Shown one piece after another: positions 12,621 through 23,735 of a DNA stretch of 64,000 bases. The stretch spans positions 100,194,001 through 100,258,000 of the forward strand of contig NC_045696.1 in assembly GCF_009834535.1 (NCBI RefSeq), written 5' to 3'. The notes beneath the pieces are model-generated. The model saw nothing but the letters and a program-made list of their open reading frames with translations, searched no databases and had not been told where the DNA came from. This stretch comes from Camelus ferus. Lineage: Eukaryota. The translations under genes and the position numbers were made by a program. The first letter of the stretch is position 1, and the number at the start of each line of letters is the position of its first letter.

Positions 12621-14431
12621 TGTCTGGCTATTTTGAAAAGCCCAAAGAAACACTTACTTTATACAAGTCATATAGTCCTGATATTGTTAACTCGCAACAG
12701 AGAAAGAGGAATGTCATAAGTAACCTGTAATTTTTGGTGGACTTGGCCATTGAAACACACACAACACTTGGGATGCAGAGAGGCTGTAAGTGCGCATGGG
12801 GTTGAGAGGGGGATTGGGAGGGCAGAAATCTAGGTTCTAACCATGCAAGTTCTTGAAGATACTGGACAACCAGGGAAGGGAGAAGTCAAGTCCAAGGAGT
12901 TTTGCCAAATTCAGGCACAGTAGACAGGTTTGGAATTCTGGAGATTGAGATTTGGCCAAAAGACCAGCCATGCCCAGCAGAGTCCTCAGACTCGGAGGAC
13001 TGATGCTGTTTGCTTTTCTGCCTAGTTTTACGGAGTGGCACTGGCCAGACAGTGAAGGATGTTGTTAAGGAATCTCTTCCTTAGCCCTTTCTTCTTCTGT
13101 CTAAATAAACCTTATTTCACTGTCACAGGTCATACTTTCCATTTCTTTAATTATTTGTTGCTCTTCTCTGAACTTTTTCCAAATTCGCCTTAGAAGACTG
13201 AGACCAAACCTTCCAAACACAGTAACAACTGGCTTAGTTCTAGGCACAGGAAATAATTCTTTTTTCTAAAATGTCACACCCAGGCAACATTTCTTTGCAG
13301 GTTTTTCCACCTGTTTTTCAATGTGACCATTTAGTACTCATCTTACTTAGAAATCATGCTAATTTCAGACAAAATATGATCATAAGAGGCACATCCTTTC
13401 CAATAATTTTGTTTTAACTTCAAAGGCTGAGTTGGACAGGGTATTGGCTCAAATAAGTTTTTTTTTCTCACCCCTCCCCCATTTTAGGAAGATAAGAGGT
13501 AAAAGGTTATAAAATACTGCCACACTGCCAGTCTGAATCTTTTTCTCCCATAAGCTATCTCATGTCATGAAATATATGAGGCAAATTGTCAGGTTTTTGT
13601 CTTAATTTATGCATTTGCCCCTGCTTATCCCTGTAGATTAACTACTGGGCTAGCTAAAATGTAATGAGAAGTAATACATTTAAAGGCATTTGCTTAGACA
13701 TGAGTCAAAACTGGAAGCAGAGGACGCGCCAGGGAGCTGAGATGGCTCTGACAACATCTCTGGGAGTAATTTTCCATGTGGACTGAAGGAAGACCTTGTA
13801 AGGCACAGCCCCAGGTTACACATGCTGGACTCCGATTCTGCAGGATTTCCAAGCCATTACTGGAGAGAGTCCACGGCTTGCCTGGCACAGTCAGAGGAGG
13901 AAGAGATGTTCAATGGACAATAAAAACTTTAGGTTTACAGAGTAAAATAGAAACAGGGCCTTCCTTTAACAGGGTTTAGAAACTTGCCCCTCAGTTAACG
14001 GGTGCGTGTGTGGGTGTCTGTGTGTGTGTAAATTTCCATAGTTCATTGCTTGGCGAGGTCCCATTCAGACAAGATTGCTGCCGATCTGCAGTCACTTCTG
14101 CCCCGGGGGTAGGATCCAAATCCAGAGAGGGGCAGATTCGCACCCTTTGAGGCTCCTGGGAAGCTCCGGCTGCCGGGGCAGCAGAGAGGAGGGAGCAGCG
14201 AGCGCCGCCCGCCGGCCAGACTCCCGGCGTCTCCTCCCCCTGTCCCAGGCCCACTCCCAAATTTAAGTACGCGCTTCCCGGCTCCAGCCAGAAGCCCTGC
14301 GTGAGCCTCCACACGTAGCCGCAGACAGCTCCTTAAATAGGTCGGAGCAAACAATCCCAGACGTGGGGCTGGGGCAGGCCGGCGGAGGCAACCGCACGGT
14401 GCACGCAGCGGCGCAGCGGGTCAGCCGGCGG

Positions 14432-14486
14432 CCAATAGCCAGGGCGCGGCCCGCCCCGTCGCCTCCCCCTCGGGGAGCCTATAAGG
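14432..14486 (+). promoter_or_regulatory. PLOD2: Core promoter: CCAAT box, GC box and TATA box
   Basis: CCAAT at 14432-14436, CCGCCCC at 14451-14457 and TATAAG at 14480-14485 in canonical order. This implies a TSS near 14510 and an ATG-free 5' UTR of about 200 nt (TSS inferred, not observed). Confidence 0.75.
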
Positions 14487-14708
14487 CGCCCGCGGCGCCT
14501 CGGGCGCCCGCTGCTCCGCGCCTCCCCGACCGCCTGGTTCCGGCCGCCCTCCGCGCCGCTCGGGGTGCCGGCCGCGGGCTCCCTGCGCGCACTCGCTCCC
14601 TGCCGCAGTCGTCGGCCCCGGGCGGACCAGGGGTCCCGGCTCTCGCGAGAAGTGGGCCTCCTTCGGCGGTGGGGGTGCCGGAGGCCGCGGACCCTCGCGG
14701 GGCCGAAG

Positions 14709-14823
14709 ATGGGGTGGTGCGCGGTGAAGCCGCGGCTGCCCCTGCTGCTGCTGGCGCTCGTCCTCCAGCCCTGGGATTCCTGCCTGGGTGCAGACTCGGA
14801 GAAGCCCTCCAGCACCCCCACAG
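14709..14823 (+). CDS. PLOD2: PLOD2 coding exon 1 (signal peptide and N-terminal linker of lysyl hydroxylase 2)
   Basis: ATG in strong Kozak context (aagATGg). Translates to [38 protein letters not shown] plus 1 nt, matching the recalled human LH2 N-terminus [36 protein letters not shown]. Ends at donor CAG|GTGAGC, phase 1. Confidence 0.97.
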
Positions 14824-16968
14824 GTGAGCACCCCCGCGGGCCGCCGGGCCTCGTGAGGCTCGGCCGGACGGCCAGTTCATTCATCCAGCAGCCAGCCCTT
14901 CGCGTGGAGCCTGCCAGGTGAAGTAGGTGGAGGGGGCCCGCCCCTCCCCACGCCCGCAGGGGTGAGTGGGTGGGAGCCTGTCCTGCCGGAGGACCACCGA
15001 GGTGAGTGCGGAGGGCTGTCCACCCGCCCCAGGACCGCCGAGGTCCTGCGCGCGGGCGGGGCTGGTCCCCGGGGAAGTGTGGGAGCATCCGCCCTCTGGG
15101 GCGCTTGGCGTTCTCAGAAAGCCGAGAGCGCACGAAGTTTTCTTCAGCACAAGTTGGGGTTTCCTTTTGGTCTTGCGGGTCAGTGGGTACCAACACCTTG
15201 TCCTGCAGCTTTCCTTTCTTCTTTGCTGGAGTTGGCATGACTTATCCGTACTCGACGAGGCAGTACTCCCTCTGTGACCTGAACACGGGGCTCAGTGTAC
15301 TTTCTGATTGATGGTGACACATTCCTTCCAGCGCCCCAGGAAGCAGCCGGTAACACCTACCTTCTGCCAAAAACAACGCTCAAAACCTTGGTTGTTTTCA
15401 GTAAGACTGCTTGGCTACCCGGTAACCTCCAGGCGGTAGCTTTCCTCCTTGGGGATTTGGAGGGGAAGCTGTCTACAGCTTCTCCCCTTAGCCACCCCTT
15501 TCCTTAAAGCCTTAATGCCATTTCTTGTTTTCAGAAGCTCGAACTGCCCCGAATAGTTCAGTCAAGTTCATGTAAAACAAGACTTTTTACATTTAGCAAG
15601 ATTAAAGGGAGTCCCACCACATGTTTGTCCAAACATACTTTGCTGCCCTTTGCTGCACATGAGATACCCTTGGAGTTTTCCACTTTGTGCTCTAACTCTG
15701 TGCTCCATGAAATTAGATCTTGCATTTAAATGTCCTTCTGCTGTACTGCTTTTTTTTTTTTCAGATTAAAATCATTTTGTCATTTTTTTTTTTTTTTTTG
15801 GTGGGGGAGTAAATAAGTCGTTTTTCTGCTTGAACTTTACACTAAACACAAGGACAGAAATTTCTATTTTAGGTGTACATTTAGAAGTTGGCATTTGGTG
15901 TAAAACCCAGTTAATCCATGTAAGCAATAGTTTGGCTTTCCGTAAGTGTTTTAGAAAACTGTGGACTAAGTTGCCCATCTTTCTACATTCCTCCCAAACA
16001 GTACTTGCTTTGTTAGCTTGAGAAACTTAAGCATTCAGATAGATTTTTGTCAGTTACAGGATACTTTTCTTTCAGATTTATGTGGTGGCTTCAAAATGGG
16101 TTTCTCAAACCTTTTTGGTTTCTTTAAACTTGAACTGAAATTTTTTCATAACTTCAAAATTTTCTTTTAGTGTAACATCTAGAAAGTAGACAAGTAAATG
16201 CCTTCAGCAAACTTGGAAATCTAGACATTGAAAAAAAATCCCCAGAAAAAATGACTTTCTTTGTTGAAACACCCGAGAAAACTTCCTGGGAAATAAAATA
16301 ACCTCTCAGGGCTTTGCTGCTTTTAGAGGGACCTCTTCAGCCTTTGTATATTTTATTTCACTTTGTTATCAACACTCCTTACTTTTTTGTAGAAGGCATC
16401 TCTTTGTAGCTGCCTTTAGGTTTACATTCAAAATCATCTTCCATTCCTAATCTGACTTTTAAGTTTCATGGAGCTGGACAGTAAAGTTTTAATGGATTGT
16501 AACATCAGAGAAAGGATATTTCAGATATGATTTTTTTTTTTCAGAAAATGACCACGTAAAACCTACTGCTGAAATTTGAGGACTGATTTTGATAAGTGGG
16601 CATGGAAAATTCAGATATCATCTAAATGCAGAAAAATATTAATTTGATGGAATCAGCAGTAGCCAGTTTGATTATGAACTGTTCGTTAATTAGGTAGATG
16701 TGATAAGCTAATAAATATAAATATAGATGGGACAGTGCTTGATAACATAGCTAGAATCCTGGATTATGTTCCATTTTCTCGCTAAAATACTACAACTGAA
16801 AATTGCTTAACTGGAAAATTTTCTTTATCTATGTGAATATCAAGCAAACTTTAGGACTCTAAGTTGTCTAGCTTACTTAATGGGAAGTCTTAAAGAAGAG
16901 TGCTTATCATCTCTGACCCCCTGTGTTGGTCACCATATCTCAGATAGCCACTAAGAAATAGACTAGAC

Positions 16969-17172
16969 CAGGGTTTTGTGGCCCTTTTTGCATTTTGAGC
17001 CAGATAATAATTGTGGTAGACTGTCTAGTGAATTGTATGATGTTTAGCAGCATTGTTACTCGCTAGATGTCAGGAGCACCCTTCTCCAGGTGTGCAAATA
17101 AAAAGCGACTCAAAATGAAAAGTGACCAAATGTCTCTGCAGGGACAAAATTGCCCAGGGTTGAAAACCACTG
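16969..17172. mobile_element. MER20 (hAT-Charlie MITE)
   Basis: cagggtt...ttttgagccagataataattgtgg...gatgtttagcagcat...gggacaaaattgcccagggttgaaaaccactg; flanked by the degenerate 8-bp TSD gactagac/aattagac. Confidence 0.85.
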
Positions 17173-18109
17173 AATTAGACAAATCTATGTGTATATGAGG
17201 CATTCTAGTGTTACCAGAATGATAATAGCAACGCTTTTTAGGAAGCGGATATTTATAGTGATTTTCCATCTTTCCACCGTAGTGGGGAATGTGCTGTTTG
17301 AATCATGTTAATCAGTTTTTGGAAAATAGTTTTTCCTAGCTTTGATGCTGTGTGTTAACTAGAGTTGAGAACACTGCTTTTTGTTCTGTTTACTGAGAGT
17401 TCTGCTGTGGACTGTGTTCATTTCTTTTTTGGTTGCTACTTTGTTCTTAGCATGGAAAGACTCGAAGCACGAATTTGGTTAAAATCAATCATTTTCTCTT
17501 AGAATCAGCTATCAGAATTTTACCTTAAAATTTTATCCCCACGGGAGCTTTCGAGGCAAAACCATCCTAATGAATGTCAGCAAGTCACATTCATACCCTG
17601 ATTTATCTTCCCTATACTTTTTTTGCCTTCTAGATTAGAGAAGGAAAGGATTGGATATATTTCTGCCAAGCATTTGTAACCAGGTCTGCAGACCTGGATC
17701 AATGTTTTTGTCTGTTTTCTAAGGTACCTTGACTGTTCCATGATCTAAATTGGGCAGAAACCAAGTTTTGGGCAACAACGGAGGAAATGGTTTCAGATGT
17801 TTCTGTGAAGACCAGTATTTTTCAACCATGTTCATTTATAAAGTCTTTAATTTACCCTGGCACATTCAAGGAGGAAAGGGAAAGTTTGTCCCTATCTGTT
17901 GATGCAAACTGGCAATTTATGGGGCGGAGAGGAAGAGACCAAGGTCCTGGAGAAACCTCTGGAAGAAGAGAGGGAGGCTTGTCCTTTGTGTACTTTCTGT
18001 GTCCTGGGCTCCAGCCACACAAAACAACTTGTCATCCTTAGACTCTGCCATCCAACTATATGATAAAAACAGACATACAAAATGACTTTGAGAATGTGGC
18101 GGGCAGATG

Positions 18110-18320
18110 AGACAATTAGATTGAGATGATCTTTTCTACCCATCACATTGACTAAAGCATTTAAAAATAGGCTCTGATCATACCAACTTGTGAGGATGAG
18201 AACTCTCCAACTGCTAATGGGAGTAGGACATTTCTGGAGAGCAGCATAGTAATGTCTAGTGGAGCTGAGAATCCACGCCTCCTGCGGTCCTAGATCTATA
18301 CGTGAACGAGGCTCTCACAT
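18110..18320 (+). mobile_element. Old L1M fragment (end of ORF2)
   Basis: gagatgatcttttctacccatcacattgactaaa...tgtgaggatg...aactgctaatgggagt...atttctggagagcagcat. Confidence 0.55.
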
Positions 18321-19240
18321 TTCTGTGCCTCCTGTTCTCCTTGGAAGTCTGTTCTCTGTTTAGATCTAGCTCCTAGGAAGTTCTCCCCTTTACTGTCTTT
18401 TGTTTGGCTCTTTTTCTGACTTCTTAATGCTGTTGGTTTATACAAATCCTACCTGCTTTGTATGATAGATCATGTTTATGTTGAATAAAGTAGAATTCTG
18501 CAGGTCATATCACCTCTGTGGGAACTCGCAACAGCCGCAGAAGGTATGTCAACCAATGTGGCCATTTACATCTTTGAAGTAAAGGACTGAGTCTTACTCA
18601 TTTCTCTGCACCTCCCAGTGCCTTCCCTGTTCTTTTAACACAAAGAGATTCTCGTTTCATGTTTGTCGAGTTTCTGGCCCGCTCCGAGAATCATGAAAAC
18701 TGTCATGCAGTCAGTGAGATTGCTTTTCTCCCAGAATTTTAACTCAATTCGGTGAACTTCCTTTCTCTACCCAGGGACCCATACACAACCATGATCAAGG
18801 AACTTCCCAATGAAACATCAGGCAAGAGTTTGTTTCTGAACTGTGGTTGGCAACTCTTATCCACAAGTTGTATTTTCTGCTCTACCTACCCTTCTGCATA
18901 TAAAACCACACCTTCAGAAATACTGTGATCCTTTTTTTTTGTTTGATTTTTGTAGATGGTGAAATGGGCATGGGGAATGGTTATGCCACTTGCAGAAGAT
19001 AGCTGGAAAGCAGCCCAAGAGAGCTGGTGCGCCTTCTTCAGGCCATACTTTGTGTCTTTTCTGACCTCTCTTTGTTCTGTTGGACTTTTGGGAGCTGTGG
19101 GAAAGAAACAGAGGCCTAAAGAAGGGCATCAGAGACCTAAAGAAGCAAAAGCGATGCTTTTCCAAAGAGCACTCATTGTAGGTTTATGTAAACGGAGGGG
19201 GAGCGGTAGTTGGGGGCTGAGGGAAGGCTGGGTGCTAGGC

Positions 19241-19536
19241 CAGGGTGGCAGACTTTCGGCCCATGGGCCCAATCCAGCAGACTATTAACAGCTACCTGTA
19301 TTTATACAGCCAGTGATGGTTTTTACATTTTTAAATGGCTGAAGAGAAAAGTAACATATTGTGACATGTGAGAGTTATATGAAATTCACTCTTCAGGGTC
19401 CATAAAGTTTCCTTGGCTCATAGCCACATTGGTTGACATATCTTCTGTGGCTGTTGCGAGTCCCCACAGAAGTGATATGACCTGCAGAATTTAAATTGTT
19501 TACTCTCTGGCCCTGTGCAGAAAACTGCCGACCCTC
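19241..19536. mobile_element. MER58B-like hAT-Charlie element
   Basis: cagggtggcagact...ggcccatgggcccaatccagc...atggtttttacatttttaaatgg...tactctctggccctgtgcagaaaactgccgaccct. Confidence 0.8.
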
Positions 19537-22500
19537 ACTTGGGAGACGACGTTCCTTGTTTAGCGATGTCTCCTGCAGATCTGCTGCTGTCCTGGAAAGA
19601 GCCGGATTCTGGCCAGTAGCAGCTGGCTCCGGGCATTGGAGAGGGCTGTTTTTCATTTTAAACTTTGCCAGTGATTCCTGTGGCATTTTGAAATCAAACA
19701 GAGAGCTTCTCTGTTACATCTTTTTAAACACGGTGCTTGATGCTAACTAGACGTGTACCTTGGGGTAAATAGTGTAGTCGTGATAAAAAAATGAATTAAA
19801 CAGCTTGTAGGTGGGAACGGAGATAACATATTTCTTCTTCAGAGCTTGTGTGTGTTTTAGAAATTTGCCCTAGAAACTTGGTTATGAGTTGTGGCCTCAT
19901 TCCTGGGAGGAAATGTTTAGAACATTTATCAATGAATATTTTTATTCTTCAATCTTTGCTAAAAAAATTAGGCTAAACTGAGAAATTGGTGACGTTTAAA
20001 TTGACAAATTTTTTTTCTTTCACATTTTACTTGTTTGCATTTGCTGTGGTATGGTTGCCTCACTAAACAGAACTAATTTTCAGAGCTATTGAGATTTTAG
20101 TTAGTCAAGAAATAGTTATCCAGAGTAGTAGGATTTTAAACAGTGTATTGTGACTTCTTGTCCTTATGCTATTTGCTTTTTTTTTTTTTTTTCCAATTGA
20201 AGTATAGTTGATCTGCTACTTACTATACTAAGGCCCGTATTTTGCAACCTGTGTTTGGTAAGGGTGCTACTGAATTTATTACTGCCCTATTAACTGTGTC
20301 CCAAGAATGCTCCTTCAAAAAATACTGTTTATAATTTAAAGATACAGAAACTTTAAATAAGTTTTAAAGTTTTTTTTTTTTTTAAACAAAACATTAATGT
20401 TTCCCACTTAGGATAACTTTATTTAAAACAAAATTCGAAGAGCGAAGGTGTGTTATTTTTATACCTAGAGGAAAGATTTCCATCATGTTTTCTTTTGTAT
20501 GTTAAAAGAGGGAAATTACGTTCTGTTAATAATTTTAATTCAGTTTTTAAATATAAATCTGTTAAAAAAAAACTAAGTCAAGTTAGTGCATTTACATACT
20601 TAGTTACTAGATTGATTCATAAGTATTTTTCAGGCCTGATTGTATTAGTAGCATACTGTAGCAGTTTTGGGAAAGTAACAATCGTTTTTTATTCTTACTG
20701 AAATATGGTTCTATTTCCCCCCTTAAATTTATTTCTTAAAAGAGATGTGACTAAGTGAGAAAATGCTTAATTTGTTACTATGGAAATATATTGTGTTTAC
20801 TATTTATATTCTGCTACAAAAATCTGGTTTAAAGTTTAGTTTTTATAGGGTTAGACAAATTTTGTTTAATTAGGGAGAAAACTCTAAATGAATAGTGAAT
20901 AGACAATCTTTGCTTTATTTTGATCTTTTCCTTTACTTTTTTTTGGTACTTTTTTTGACTTTTACTGTTCTTTTTGATTTTTACTCTTTTTACAAGGGAG
21001 TATCAGTCTTTATGCAAGTTTCTGAGTGATGGGGGACACTTCACAGTCTTTATTAAGACAGAATGACAGGGTCTCCTACATCTGAGTATCCTCTCCCTTT
21101 GAACTGAAGACTCGTATTTCTGAAGTACTACTGTATTTATAATCAAAATCTTCACTAGAATTGAAAAAACCCCCACATTTTAACAATTCAAAGAACATGC
21201 TGATTACTCTTAGTATATTCTGTAAAACTTTTAATACAAATAAAAGTTTTCAAGGACACAGCTAAAAGAAGGGGGCTAAGTGGTCAGGAAAAAGTGCTTC
21301 TAACAAACATGGTTGAGTTTCTAAAATGGGCTAGATTTATAATTAAACCTCATTTGTTATATTGATTTTAACATTGCTATTATTTTGGACTAATAAGACA
21401 TCCTGGAGTTATTACATTAACTGATCATCTGCTCTTTTTCTTTAGGGTTACAGTCTCAAATTTTCAAAAAGAATTCTACTTATTTTCTAGTTACCAATCT
21501 GTTTTAACGTTTCTTCCATAGAGAGGATTTTCCTCTGATTTAAGTGCAGTGGTTCTGTTCTTCTAATGCTATGGACATCATGCATAAAGGTTCTCATGGC
21601 AGGAAGGAACTTGCCAGCATATGCAATTTTTATTGCTCCCATCACCTGCCCCAGTCAGACCCAGATACTCCGGGGCACTAAGGAGACACTGAATATGCAT
21701 CTTGCGCAGGCACGGCTTCACTCTGTAGGCCCAGCGGCAAGTGGAGGAAGGACGTGGAATCCTGGCAGTCTTGGGTTCCTGGTTCTGGGACATTGTTCAG
21801 GAAAAGCCCCAGAAACTCTACATCTTAATTCCAGTGACCACAGAGCCCCGACACAGAGCCAGGGTCCCATCAGCAAGGCCCTATTGTTGACTATTTTGTC
21901 GGTTTGAAGCTACAATTTTTATGGGGCCTTAGGGTGCAAGTTACTTTTGGTGCTACACACATGGCTAGAATGGAGCCAATTACTTTTAGATGTTTAAAAT
22001 GCGTTCTCAAACTGGTTCTTTGAACATTTAATTCTTTTTTTCCCTGGGCCTAACAGTATACTAAACTCCAGCAGCTATTTTAGCATGCCAAAAAAAAAAA
22101 AAAATTAAACAAATATAGAATTTAATTTTTTTTTTTTTAAGAAACTGGCTAGCAGTTTTCAGGCAGACTAAAATGACCTTCCTAGTCTAAGGCCCTGGGA
22201 AGTCGTATGGAGCTGTTGTGCAGAGGGCAGGCTGGCCCTCTGCTGGGATTTTCCAGTTATGCCCAAGCCAGCTCTGAGGCCCCTTGTCTTCTGAGGTCCC
22301 CCGTCTCCTGCGTTAGCCTTGCTGGATCTTTCCTGGCCTCCAGCTGGCACCGCAGCTGTGACCAGAGTGCCTTGCTCGTCCAGAGCCTCTGAAATTCCTG
22401 TCTGCCACGTCTGGAGGGGGACAATTCTCCTTTTCTTCTTAGTTCAGTTTAAACAAGGTTGGAATTTTTTAAACAGTGACTTTACTAGGTAACCAAGGGC

Positions 22501-22780
22501 AAAACAAAACACAGCTCCAAACTGGAAAACCACCAAAGCAAAGCAGTGAACAGACTTCCAAAGTAGAGACTCAGAGTTCTTACTCTACTCTGACTTTAGT
22601 TAGAGACCCACATCCCAGCACATCCTTGGGGCGCAGGTGGTGTGCTGTGCTCAGTTTTCTTTCTCCACTCTTGCATCCCACACCTCACTTCTCTTCACCA
22701 CTTTCTTTTTTACACAGACAGCTCGGTCTTTTCCAGGGTTGGAGTCCACGAAGCCCACGGGTAGATAAGTGTTAAAACAT

Positions 22781-23735
22781 TGTGAAATAGTTAAAAAAAT
22801 ATGTATATATATATTTAATATATATATTATATATATAGTATATATATATACACACACACACACATATATGTATATATTTTTACACTCACACACACACACA
22901 CACACGCACACACACACTTTGGTCTCTACCTCCCTGTTCTGTTGTTTGGTCTTTGAGCCTGGTGCCTGGCACAGAGCTCCTAAAACCCTTGCAATTTCCT
23001 GAGGGAAAGGAGTGTCTGGCACAGAGCTCCTAAATCCCTTAGAATTTCCTGGGTGATAGGAGCATCTTTTATTTTAACGAGACAACTCTTGGTGGGCTTT
23101 TGGCTGGGGGCTGGTCACGAGAAAGACCAGGCCATGATTAGGAGCTTGGAGCTTTCAGCCCTAACCCCCCAATATTCTGGAGAGGGCAAGGGATTTGAAA
23201 ATAAGTTAATAATCAGTTGTGCTATGTGATGAAACCTCTATGAAAATCCCTAAAGTACGGGGTTTGGGGAGCTTCCAGATGGGGGACCAAATCTACAAGC
23301 CAGGATGGTGGTGCCCCCCAACTCCGTGGGCACAGAAGCTCCTGCCCTCCGGACTCGTCCAGCCCTCGCCCTGGGTATCTCTTCATCTGGCTGTTCATTT
23401 TTATCCTTTAAAACATCTTTTGTAGCAAACTGGCAATAGTAAGCCAACTGTTTTTCTCGCCTCTGGGGTTCTTGGGAACCTCTGACGCGCAGCCAGGTCA
23501 GACAGGAGCTGTGGATGAGCTGCGGACCTACTGCCTGTGACTGGTGTCAGAAGTGGGGGCTGTCTTGTGGGACCCTGCCCTTAACCTGGGGGCCCTGTGC
23601 TGGTTCTCGTGGAGTTGAATCGAAGGGCAGGACACCCCGCTGGTGTGGGAGCACTGGTCTGTGTGGGGGAGAAGCCACACATGGGTGTTGTGTCTGAGTA
23701 GCAGAGGAGCTGACAGCAGTGTTTTCTCTAGACGT
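22781..23735. mobile_element. MER21-family (ERVL) solo LTR
   Basis: ctggcacagagctcctaaaacccttg, gggggctggtcacgagaaagaccaggccatgattagg, cacagaagctcctg and tatctcttcatctggctgttcatt are MER21-type motifs. Confidence 0.8.
22800..22917. repeat. Compound (TA)n/(CA)n microsatellite inside the LTR
   Basis: Read directly from the sequence. Confidence 0.9.

Larger units (their letters stand above)
14140..15290. promoter_or_regulatory. PLOD2: CpG island spanning the PLOD2 promoter, exon 1 and the start of intron 1
   Basis: Abrupt switch to very GC- and CpG-rich sequence against an AT-rich, CpG-depleted background; boundaries estimated by eye. Confidence 0.93.

Noticed and set aside
1..14000. Exons of a neighbouring gene (PLSCR4 lies upstream of PLOD2 in human, from recall)
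   Set aside because: No scramblase-like coding sequence found by eye or in the ORF track.
14333..15238. 301-aa antisense ORF and other overlapping ORFs across the CpG island
   Set aside because: Pro/Arg/Gly/Ala-rich with no recognisable domain; stop codons are rare in GC-rich DNA, so long ORFs are expected in every frame.
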